Below the pieces are notes generated by a model that was given only the letters and a program-made list of their open reading frames with translations, was not told where the DNA came from and did no database searches. 15,600 nucleotides of DNA from Candidatus Hadarchaeales archaeon (GTDB taxonomy: Archaea; Hadarchaeota; Hadarchaeia; Hadarchaeales; Hadarchaeaceae), in contig JAWBCC010000007.1 in NCBI GenBank assembly GCA_038823825.1, positions 1 through 15,600 of the forward strand. The letters are read 5' to 3'. This document shows positions 1 through 8,200 of this stretch, in pieces. How positions within the stretch are numbered: position 1 is the stretch's first letter; every line of letters starts with the position of its first letter. The translations under genes and the position numbers were made by a program.

Positions 1-2545
1 CCTCCGAGACTGAGCATCCAGTTGTGTCTATGTAGGCTGATCCTAGCGGACAGCTGAAGCTCCACGTTCCTTCACTCTTCGTGGCCTGCCACGTGTAGTG
101 GTTTCTCGTGCTGTCTGGGTCGCCACTGCCCAGAGAGCTCTCATAAGCCATCAAAGTTATGCTTGAGAGGTTCATATTTCCGTCCGAAACTGTTACAGTA
201 ACCGTGGTCCAGACATATGGCGTCCAGATTATTTCCGCTGGAACCACGCTCTGAACCTCTGGAGGAACGTTGGGCGTCTGCTGAATGGTAGCAGAAGCAG
301 GTAGCGCTGCAGCTGACGCGGTGTACGTCACCAAGAGATAGGGTCGGAGAGAAGCTGTTTCGTATTCTTTTGAATACCAATATGGCTCCGCGCTGTTCCA
401 GTCACTTCTCTCATCAACTGCTTTCACAGCAAGCGAAACGATTTTGTCGCCTGCGAACTGGTCTGAGACCCAGCTGGTGACATCCCAGCTCTCCCAGAAG
501 TTTTGCAATTTCGTCGGACGTGGAGAAACTCCCGTCCATCTGACGTAATCCACATAGAAAGTTCCGCTCGTTTCGATTGTAATCTTGAACAAACCATAAG
601 CTTGTCCCAGATTACTCCAATCGCTCGCCGGGATGGTTATCTCCTGCCATCTGTCAGTTCCATCCCATCCATAGTTACTTATATACTTGGTTTGCGTGGT
701 GCCCTGTGGCGCTTCTATCTCAACCTTTAGATTTGCAGTAGTTTTGACCCAGAATTTCAGGGCGGTCGCACTTGAGAGGTCTACGGTGTGATCATAGGGA
801 AGCCTGATAAACACTCCCCATCCAGCCCAGTTGCCCGTCGTTGAGGTCCGGAAACACCTTGTTCCTTCAGGAGAAGGCATGACATAATTCCGATCAAAAG
901 TCGCAGTACCTGATTCATCGTACCAAGTCAAGATTTCAGAGTTGACTGGGATACCGGCGTCAGAGTAGGGGGAAATCCCGACCCATCTAACCTTGTCGAT
1001 ATAGAATGTCCCGCTTGATTCAATCGTTATCTTGAATGGACTGTAAACTTGGTCGAGATTCTGCCATTCGCTGGCTGGAATAGTTATCTGTTGCCATCTG
1101 TCAGTTCCATCCCACCCATACCAGTTCAGATACTTTGTCTGGGTATTTCCCTTCGGCGCCTCGATTTCGATCTTCAGATTTGCCGGTGTTTTTACCCAGA
1201 ACCTTAAAGCTGTTGCTCCTGAGAGGTTTATGTAAACTGGCAGATCGAAGTGAAGTAGCAGAACGGTGTTCTCATTTGCTCCGAGATATCTCCCAGCTCC
1301 ATTGTTGTATCTGTAAGAAACTTCCTCCGAGCTTATCGCCTGATTCTCCACCCTAACCTCGTCTATTATCCCCTTGAAGAATCCCCAATCGCCATCGGCC
1401 TTTCTTCCCACGCATAGAGGCCTTGTGTTAGATGCTATGTTTCCCGTCCATGGTTCTGTGGCAACCAGAGAACCGTCGTAATAAAGCCTCAGATATGAGC
1501 CGTCAAATGTTCCAACTAGATGATGCCAGCCTGTTTGGAATGTTGTCTGATACGCAGCAAACGAGCCCCACTCCCCACCTCCTGGACCCACACCGAAAAC
1601 TATTTGGAACTGCCCGTTTTCATCAGTCTCTATATATAGCTCGTATCCCTTTGAATTATTGATGGCTCCTTCAAATTTCGAAACAACAACCTGACGACTA
1701 TTCTCGGCCGGCTGCTCGACAAAGTACGCCCAAGCTTCGACCGTCACTCTCGTCGGGTTTAGGCTTGCGCTGTCCTGAACGGAAACATACGCATTCGTTC
1801 CGTTGAATCCGAGAGCTCTATAGATTTTACCAGAATTTTCTGTAACACCGCCGTTAATTGTTCCATGATTGTTCAATCCGGAGTCGTCTCTCACATTCCT
1901 GTTGATGATAACACCCCAACCTGCCCAACTTCCAGCATTGGTGGATGTCTTGAAAGATTTACTGCCCTCTGGTGGAACTATACCGGTATATTCTACATCA
2001 AAGCTTCCTTGATCCCCCTCCGACCAGGTCCAGACGACAGAATCCGTTGGAATTCCCGCATCTGTGTATACATCATAATATGTGTCCGCAAAATACGTCT
2101 GTGCAACTCCTTCGAGATCTCCTATCGATGGCTGATTGTTCCAAGTTATCGTTGATTCGCTCCAAGCGTCGTTTGAGACCCGGTAGACCCCGATCTCTCT
2201 GTTGGTGTCTCCCGATTCGACGCCGCCATCATCATATCTGTAAAGGAAAAGTTTTGCCCCAGTTATTGTCGCATCACTCGGAATCTGTGAAAGATCAAAT
2301 TTGAGGAAAGATCTTCTGTACCATTCTGGATGCTGACCAGCGGCTGCAATATGGGATTCGCTCCCATAATTTGTGTTTGGCGTATGATTCTCTACCTTAG
2401 CATCAGCAACCGGAGAAAGCTTTACAGACCCATAAACTATTGTGGTCGCGGTACTCTGCGGGACTAGGAAAAGTTGCGGGGAAAGTGCAATTGATATTAA
2501 CATTATGGACAGACAAACCGAGAGGATTTGAGACTTTTTGAACAT
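1..2545 (-). CDS. Large secreted multidomain carbohydrate-binding protein (signal peptide, DNRLRE/CBM96-like halves, two CBM-like repeats, LamG, C-terminal recurrent beta-sandwich module); 3' end truncated by window edge
   Basis: Minus-strand frame open from ATG at 2545 (MFKKSQILSVCLSIMLISIALSPQLFLVPQSTATT...) to the left window edge, where it reads ...GTWSFSCPLGSAYIDTTGCSVSE. Absent from the ORF track because its stop lies outside the window. SD-like GAGGTTGAG directly precedes the ATG. Recognisable segments: VADAKVENHTPNTNYGS...SFLKFDLSQIPSDATITGAKLFLY...WSESTITWNNQPSIG (DNRLRE-like) and GYELYIETDENGQF...FKGIIDEVRVENQAISSEE (LamG-like). Confidence 0.88.
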   Translation of the reverse strand, partial: MFKKSQILSVCLSIMLISIALSPQLFLVPQSTATTIVYGSVKLSPVADAKVENHTPNTNYGSESHIAAAGQHPEWYRRSFLKFDLSQIPSDATITGAKLFLYRYDDGGVESGDTNREIGVYRVSNDAWSESTITWNNQPSIGDLEGVAQTYFADTYYDVYTDAGIPTDSVVWTWSEGDQGSFDVEYTGIVPPEGSKSFKTSTNAGSWAGWGVIINRNVRDDSGLNNHGTINGGVTENSGKIYRALGFNGTNAYVSVQDSASLNPTRVTVEAWAYFVEQPAENSRQVVVSKFEGAINNSKGYELYIETDENGQFQIVFGVGPGGGEWGSFAAYQTTFQTGWHHLVGTFDGSYLRLYYDGSLVATEPWTGNIASNTRPLCVGRKADGDWGFFKGIIDEVRVENQAISSEEVSYRYNNGAGRYLGANENTVLLLHFDLPVYINLSGATALRFWVKTPANLKIEIEAPKGNTQTKYLNWYGWDGTDRWQQITIPASEWQNLDQVYSPFKITIESSGTFYIDKVRWVGISPYSDAGIPVNSEILTWYDESGTATFDRNYVMPSPEGTRCFRTSTTGNWAGWGVFIRLPYDHTVDLSSATALKFWVKTTANLKVEIEAPQGTTQTKYISNYGWDGTDRWQEITIPASDWSNLGQAYGLFKITIETSGTFYVDYVRWTGVSPRPTKLQNFWESWDVTSWVSDQFAGDKIVSLAVKAVDERSDWNSAEPYWYSKEYETASLRPYLLVTYTASAAALPASATIQQTPNVPPEVQSVVPAEIIWTPYVWTTVTVTVSDGNMNLSSITLMAYESSLGSGDPDSTRNHYTWQATKSEGTWSFSCPLGSAYIDTTGCSVSE
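525..965 (-). repeat. CBM-like protein repeat, intact copy (copy 2)
   Basis: DAGIPVNSEILTWYDESGTATFDRNYVMPSPEGTRCFRTSTTGNWAGWGVFIRLPYDHTVDLSSATALKFWVKTTANLKVEIEAPQGTTQTKYISNYGWDGTDRWQEITIPASDWSNLGQAYGLFKITIETSGTFYVDYVRWTGVSP. Closely matches the split copy at 2065-1904 plus 1246-966. Confidence 0.85.
966..2065 (-). repeat. CBM-like protein repeat, copy 1, split by the LamG domain (N part about 2065-1904, C part about 1246-966)
   Basis: N part: DAGIPTDSVVWTWSEGDQGSFDVEYTGIVPPEGSKSFKTSTNAGSWAGWGVI. C part: DLPVYINLSGATALRFWVKTPANLKIEIEAPKGNTQTKYLNWYGWDGTDRWQQITIPASEWQNLDQVYSPFKITIESSGTFYIDKVRWVGISP. Confidence 0.8.
1247..1903 (-). other. LamG/concanavalin-like domain inside the 1-2545 CDS
   Basis: RDDSGLNHGTINGG...ALGFNGTNAYVSV...RVTVEAWAYF...GWHHLVGTFDGSYLRLYYDGSLV...IIDEVRVENQAISSEEVSYRYNNGAG is typical LamG sequence. 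Confidence 0.8.
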
Positions 2546-2635
2546 CTCAACCTCGCTTTAAACTCAGATACCACTCATTTTAATTTTTTCGAAAGAAGTA
2601 GGTGTTTTCGCATTTTTAAGAAAATTTATTAAAAA

Positions 2636-3730
2636 TCATGAAAATTTCAAAATCACAGCTATTATTAAGATTAAGACGATTACCGAAACCACGGCAACAA
2701 CAGGCACAGTTGGAAATGGTTTCGGTTTCTCTACAATCAGCAGGCTGCTCAAACCATCGACAGAGATCGTGTGCTCGCCAGGCTCCTCGACGGATACTGT
2801 GAAATCTACTGTTGTTCTTTGTCCAGCCGCAAGCAACACTTCTCTCGTTTCAATCTGAACTCCGTCTATCTTCAGAGTTAGAGTGTAACTTCCAGAAATC
2901 GTTCCAACGTTTGCGACATCAACAGAAGCGGTCACTTGCTCACCTGGCCTGGCTCGATTTTTCGACAGCCGGAGATTTTCCACAGCAAATTCGGCTACCT
3001 CCTCCGAAACCGTTACTATTCGGGAGAATCCATCCACAGAAACCGTGTGGGTCCCAATCTGTTGTATCGAGAGAGAAAAGGTTACCGTTGCCGACTGACC
3101 TGGATTAAGCTCAACTTGTCTGTTGTCGATCTGTGTCCCGTTCAACCTCAAGATGACGTTGTAACTCCCGGCAATCGTTCCGAAGTTTACAACGCTAACC
3201 TGTACACTGAATGTTTCGCCCGGCCTGAGAGCCGATTTAGATATGCTGAGATTTTCCAGTCTGAACTGTGCCATTCCCACGATGTTCAAAATGGCGCTTA
3301 AATTATCCACGGAGATAGTGTGGGGTCCCAGCTGCAGAATGGATACTGTGAAAGAAACCGTTGTCGATTGTCCGGCTGCTAGATAGACAGTTAGGTTATC
3401 CACAACGTTGTTATCGACACGCAAAACTAACGTGTGTTGTCCATCTGCCGTGCCTACATTTTTCACAGTTACCTGAACAGTGACATTCTCGCCAGGAAGC
3501 GCGTTATCCTTAGATAGTTTCAAATTTTCTATCACAAACTGCGCAACATTCTCGGGCGGAGGTAGAGGTGGAGGCGGCGGGGGAGGAGGGATGTTTTCCG
3601 GCAAAACCGTCACCTGAACCTGAATAGGAATCTCTTGTGGGGCAATAACCGGCATGCAAAACAGAATGAGCATAAACACACTTGTTAAAATCGAGATCGC
3701 TCTTCTCATTTTTTCACCTTTTCTTTTCAT
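2636..3730 (-). CDS. Exported, membrane-anchored protein with polyproline linker and three CARDB-like repeats; start codon more likely at 3709
   Basis: Signal peptide (MRRAISILTSVFMLILFCMPVIA), PPPPPPPPLPPP linker, three roughly 91-aa repeats ((F)xxENLxxSKxxxxPGExxxxxVxVxNxGTxxG...GxHTxSVDxLS), C-terminal TM helix (VPVVAVVSVIVLILIIAVILKF). Confidence 0.9.
   Translation of the reverse strand: MKRKGEKMRRAISILTSVFMLILFCMPVIAPQEIPIQVQVTVLPENIPPPPPPPPLPPPENVAQFVIENLKLSKDNALPGENVTVQVTVKNVGTADGQHTLVLRVDNNVVDNLTVYLAAGQSTTVSFTVSILQLGPHTISVDNLSAILNIVGMAQFRLENLSISKSALRPGETFSVQVSVVNFGTIAGSYNVILRLNGTQIDNRQVELNPGQSATVTFSLSIQQIGTHTVSVDGFSRIVTVSEEVAEFAVENLRLSKNRARPGEQVTASVDVANVGTISGSYTLTLKIDGVQIETREVLLAAGQRTTVDFTVSVEEPGEHTISVDGLSSLLIVEKPKPFPTVPVVAVVSVIVLILIIAVILKFS
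2720..3544 (-). repeat. Three tandem CARDB-like domains (about 3544-3272, 3271-2996, 2995-2720)
   Basis: Repeated AQFVIENLKLSKDNALPGEN / AQFRLENLSISKSALRPGET / AEFAVENLRLSKNRARPGEQ, each ending in HT(I/V)SVD. Confidence 0.88.
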
Positions 3731-3737
3731 CTGAAAG

Positions 3738-3752
3738 ATATAAGTTTTTCGC
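3738..3752 (-). promoter_or_regulatory. Archaeal BRE/TATA-like promoter for the three-CARDB gene
   Basis: Minus strand GCGAAAAACTTATATC; TATA-like element about 29 nt upstream of the ATG at 3709 and only about 8 nt upstream of the ATG at 3730. Confidence 0.5.
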
Positions 3753-3761
3753 CAATTTGCA

Positions 3762-3795
3762 AAAAAAAAGAAAAACGGCCCGGATCATCCGGGCC
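3762..3795 (-). terminator. Hairpin plus T-tract terminator downstream of the 3803-5203 CDS
   Basis: On the minus strand GGCCCGGATGATCCGGGCC, a palindromic stem, is followed immediately by TTTTTCTTTTTTTTT. It starts 8 nt after the stop codon at 3803-3805. Confidence 0.8.
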
Positions 3796-3802
3796 CTCTC
3801 GC

Positions 3803-5203
3803 TTATGGCTGTTGGGTTGAGAGCCAGATGTCATCCCAGAAGATGTCGGTTGATGGAACCGCAGTCGACGTTCTCTGAGCAGTTATGTAAATTCTTGCCC
3901 TTACCGCGTTCTCTGGAGCAGTAACTTGATAGGACACCTGTACCCAAGAGTCAAAAGCTGTTGCTGTGAAACCGCTGCCCGGTGTCTGTATGTAACCGCT
4001 ATCGTTTTCCCAGTATGGATACCATCTCACTCTGAAGAATAATCTATAGTTCTCCGGAAGAGCTCCACCTCCAGGATTCACTATATAGTAGTATCCCACA
4101 AGGTAGTACGTCGCGCCCGGGGTGAAGTTTGTAATGTTGTCTGAAGTCACGTATGAGCCATAACTGGTTGCCAGCTGTGTCTGCTTCGCCGAGTAACTAC
4201 CAGTTCTGGCGCGCTCACTAGATCTCGTCGAGTACGGTGGGGAGAACTGCCAGAAAGTGTCGTCCTCAAAGCTCGGGTTCTGAACCAAGTTCTGGGGTGA
4301 TGGGGGTACTATCAGAGTTTCCACTCTTACGTAAAACGTGTTTGTGTAGTTTCCTGCGACAACATTGCTCGGTATGTCCAGCCTCCACTGTATCTGTCTC
4401 TGAACACTTTCTCCATATGAAACATTCTTCCAGACGTTCTCGTACGTCGTGCTCAAGGAGACTTCTTCTTCACCTATCGCTTTTGCCGCGCTCGCGGGTA
4501 TTATATTTCCATTGGAGGTAAAGTTACCGGCCGCTTTGACTTTGATGGCGAAGTTCCGGTTTGAAGATACCGTCACAGTCATCGGACTCTGGGTTGCGTA
4601 AACGCTCTGCCCTTTGTAGCCGCTGAAGGAGAGGGTGTATGTGCTCAAAGACATCTCGAGGTAGACCTGAACCATAATCGCGTTGATATTCTCCAAATAG
4701 TTGTCTAAGCCAACGTTGTCTACTGCTCTAACATAAAGATCCCAAAATCCTGAAGCCGCGATCCTCGCAAGTTTCACCCGGAAGATTGCAGTGTATGTGT
4801 TTTCGGTCGGGTTCTCCTGAACTGACGAGTTGATGTTATCAATATAGTTCGCTCCAAGCGGACAGCTGAATCGCCAAGTTCCCGTGCTTTTCGAAGCCAC
4901 CCATGTGTAGTGGTTTCTGACGTTGTCGGGTGCCGCGTTATCGAGAGAGTTTTCGTAGGCCATTAGATAAATATTTTCCAAGTTCATCTCGTTGTCGTAA
5001 ACCACCACTACAATATTTGACCAGATGTTTGGAATTATCTCGACATTTTCTGGAGAAACCATGAGAACTGACGGTGGGTAGTATGGAATCTCCCAGATCT
5101 CTACTTCGACGTTAACCTGCTGCTCCTGATCCTGAGAGAGAACCGCCGGAATCATCGAAATGCTGATCAACAGTCCTAATAGAAGAGACACACTCTTCTT
5201 CAT
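3803..5203 (-). CDS. Secreted multidomain protein with two beta-sandwich modules and a C-terminal CBM_4_9-like carbohydrate-binding module
   Basis: Signal peptide MKKSVSLLLGLLISISMIPAVLS. C-terminal NLVQNPSFEDDTFWQF...YYLVGYYYIV...WVQVSYQVTAPENAVRARIYITAQ...IFWDDIWLS is typical of CBM_4_9-like modules. SD-like TTGGAGGAAAATTA precedes the ATG. Confidence 0.85.
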   Translation of the reverse strand: MKKSVSLLLGLLISISMIPAVLSQDQEQQVNVEVEIWEIPYYPPSVLMVSPENVEIIPNIWSNIVVVVYDNEMNLENIYLMAYENSLDNAAPDNVRNHYTWVASKSTGTWRFSCPLGANYIDNINSSVQENPTENTYTAIFRVKLARIAASGFWDLYVRAVDNVGLDNYLENINAIMVQVYLEMSLSTYTLSFSGYKGQSVYATQSPMTVTVSSNRNFAIKVKAAGNFTSNGNIIPASAAKAIGEEEVSLSTTYENVWKNVSYGESVQRQIQWRLDIPSNVVAGNYTNTFYVRVETLIVPPSPQNLVQNPSFEDDTFWQFSPPYSTRSSERARTGSYSAKQTQLATSYGSYVTSDNITNFTPGATYYLVGYYYIVNPGGGALPENYRLFFRVRWYPYWENDSGYIQTPGSGFTATAFDSWVQVSYQVTAPENAVRARIYITAQRTSTAVPSTDIFWDDIWLSTQQP

Positions 5204-5238
5204 TAATTTTCCTCCAAGAGCAAATTGTGATCATTATT

Positions 5239-5254
5239 GTTTAAAACTTTTCGG
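5239..5254 (-). promoter_or_regulatory. Archaeal BRE/TATA-like promoter upstream of the 3803-5203 CDS
   Basis: Minus strand CCGAAAAGTTTTAAAC, about 38 nt upstream of the ATG at 5203. Confidence 0.45.
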
Positions 5255-5276
5255 TGCTGGACTTTTCCCCTTTTAC

Positions 5277-8200
5277 TTATTTGATTAGGAAAAACTTGAA
5301 AATCGCGAAAATGGCGCCTCCAATGGCTATCACAACTCCCACGACCCAAAGTGGAAAACCTGAAGGAACCACTTCCACGCTCTCGCTGAGCCCGTCCACA
5401 TTCACGGTGTGTGTTCCACTCTCATCGATTGACAAAGTGAAAAACACACATACAGACTCCCCCGCTGGAATCTCCAGAATTTTCTCATCTTTCTCGACGT
5501 TGTCAACAGCAAGCTTTATTGTTGTCTGCCCGGTCTCGTCACCGACATTTTTAACCCAGACATAAACCTTGAACTTTTCGCCGGGTGAAACTCTTCTCTT
5601 GGAAAGGCTCATGTTCTCGATGACGAAGACGGCCGGAGACCTCACAGTCAGCAGCAAGTTCTCCGACCACATTTTGCCGCCTCCGCTTACCGTCAGGCGC
5701 AGAGTGTACGTTCCCGCTTGGGCATTCGACCCAACCGAAACCGTCAGAGTTGATGTAAACGATGGAACTCCGGAAGACTGAGAAAAGGAAGCAGAGGAAT
5801 CTTGAGGAAGACCGGTCACCGAAAGATACATCGGTAGTTTAATTCCCGAAAGATAACCAATGGTAATCGTGAACGTCACAGATTCGCCGCGAAGAACCGT
5901 CCTTGATCTCGGAGAGACCGAAAGAGATATCTGTGGCGGCTGAACATTACCGAGATAGAAAATGAATTTCCCGCTTTCCCTTCTGTTTCCCATGCGATCT
6001 ACTGCAACAACAAACCATTCGTAGAAATTTTCGCCCAGTGCCGTGTTGTAAGTTGTGGCCGTCACATTTTCCACATTTTGTCCATTTATCCAGACTTCAT
6101 AATGGGAGAGCCCAGAAATTTCGTCCGAGGTAGCCTGCCACTGAAGGATGGGTGACTCTGAGAGGTGCGAACCGTTCTCCGGCGAAATTAGAGAAAACTG
6201 AAGAGGTGGTGTGAAATCCGCTACAAAGGTTTTCACAAGGCCCATCACCACCTTCCCGCTGTTGTTGTCCATAGCGACTGCGCGGAATTCGTAGGTTGAA
6301 TTTTCCATGATCCCCGAGACTATCGCCGAGAACCATTCACGCCAGCTCATTGTCCGTTTAGTGGTCTGGCTCCAAGAACCGCCCGCCGGTCTCCATTCCA
6401 ACCAGACCACAGTTTCCTGGTTATCAAGATCTTCAAGAAAACCGGAAAGAAGAACCGAACCAGATTGAACAGCCAGAGGATTTCCTGTCGTTGAGATTAT
6501 GGGAACCGCCTGTCCGTAAAAGGCGAAACTCGAAACTGATGGTGAGTGTGTTACATTTTCCGAGCGCAATGAAAACGTTACTCTCACAAATCTCGTCTGG
6601 GGAAGAGAGAGCGGAATTTTCTCAACACCTCCACTTAGAGTTATCCATCCGGTATTTTCCGCTGCCGTGGACCCGTCAAGTGAAGTCTCTACAAGAATCT
6701 TTACTTCTTCTCCCTGCGCGATCTTCGAGGATACTTCGAGAAATTCTAAAGACGACGTTTGGCCAAGATCGATCCAGTTTGAGATCCACTGACCGGATGT
6801 TTTGACTTCAGACAGCCCAGAATATAAAATCTTTATCTCGCTTTCAGACAGAGGTCTCCCGAAAACCATCACTTCATCGATCAATCCGTCGAAGCCCTCA
6901 CCTCCTCCGGGTTGATTTCCAATTGTGAACGAATTGGTATTTGAATTCAACCTCCCGAAGGAAGCCGGAGCTTCCCCAAGTCGAACCGCGTTGTCTTTGT
7001 AAATTCTGATTTTGCTCCCATCCCAGACGGCCGCTATTAGACTCCACGAATTGTTTGGAAAGTTTTGATCGGGGACCTCAAGCGTGTACTTGTTTCCAGC
7101 AGAATCCCAGACCATAAACGCGGTTGTTCCCCTAGCGCTCTCATTCACTCTCAACAGATAAACAATGTCTTTTTTCACGATTTCTCCGTTGTGCGGCTTC
7201 GAGCGCGGATTTATCCAAGCAACTATCGAAAGCCCAGAGAGTCCTTCCAAGATATCTTTATCTCCGACCTCTACTCTCGCCGTCCCTCCGGGAAAATCTA
7301 AAGCTCCGCCGATCCGTCCAGTAACCCATGATGCGCCAATAACCGTCCCGTGATTGCCGTAGCCGCTAGAGTCGTAAGCGGTTGCCCCAGATCCTTCATC
7401 GAATTTCCACCATCCGATTGGATCGAGCTTTATCAATTCGATCCCACCATATTGTTTGATTAAGAGATTTCCAGAGGTTGATCCAATTGACCACTCCTCC
7501 TGCGTATCGACAGAAAGAAGACTCTCCCTTTCTCTTACTGGAGCTCTAGCCAATCCAACGTACATGTCCGCTGCGCCGTAGTAAAGATACCAAATATTAT
7601 CAACTCTGACGAGACCTTCAGCGAAAACGCAATCCACGACCTGACCTGTCCTTTCCCAAGAGAACTCTGGTCGCATGAATGGCTCCTCGCATCTCGCCAC
7701 AATTTTGGTCGGGTCTCTTAACGAAAAAATGACCCAGCCAACTCTCATCATTCCTCCCGAGCCGAGCGGAGCATCAAGCGAGTTGTAAAGGAGGAATATT
7801 CCATTTTGAAGAACGAACGGTGCTGGTCCGGGTTCTATTGTAAGAGCATCAAAATATCCCCCGCGCCTTCGCATAACGACACCCCCAAGTGTCCAGTCTG
7901 TCAAGTTTTCGGAAAAGGCGTAGTAGAGATCGCCACCTCCAGCTCCCGCCTCCAGATACATCCAATATTTTCCATTTATCTTCACGGGGACTATAGCGCC
8001 GGATTTTGTCCACAGGCTTGTGTCTCTGAACGCAAGTCCAACCTTTTCCCAATTTTCTAAATTAGCGGATCTGGCAAGGGCAAGCCTCGCTGTGGTCCCA
8101 TCATAAGCCGTATACGTCATCCAGAAAGTTTCACCGATCTTCACAATTCTTGGGTCTTCGCATCCTCCACCGAGCTCATACCATTCTGTTGGAGCTATTG

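Noticed and set aside
141-380. 79-aa minus-strand ORF at 141-380, with plus-strand ORFs at 503-730, 1135-1356, 1432-1662 and 1865-2304
   Set aside because: These overlap the continuous minus-strand frame 1-2545, which has clear domain content. The track omits that frame only because it lacks a stop in the window.
2720-3544. Possible CRISPR or satellite-like tandem repeat
   Set aside because: The periodicity of about 275 bp comes from three diverged CARDB-like coding domains, not from short identical repeats with spacers.
3554-3589. GGCGGAGGT... low-complexity run as a possible structured RNA or recombination element
   Set aside because: It is explained by an in-frame polyproline linker (PPPPPPPPLPPP) in the CARDB protein.
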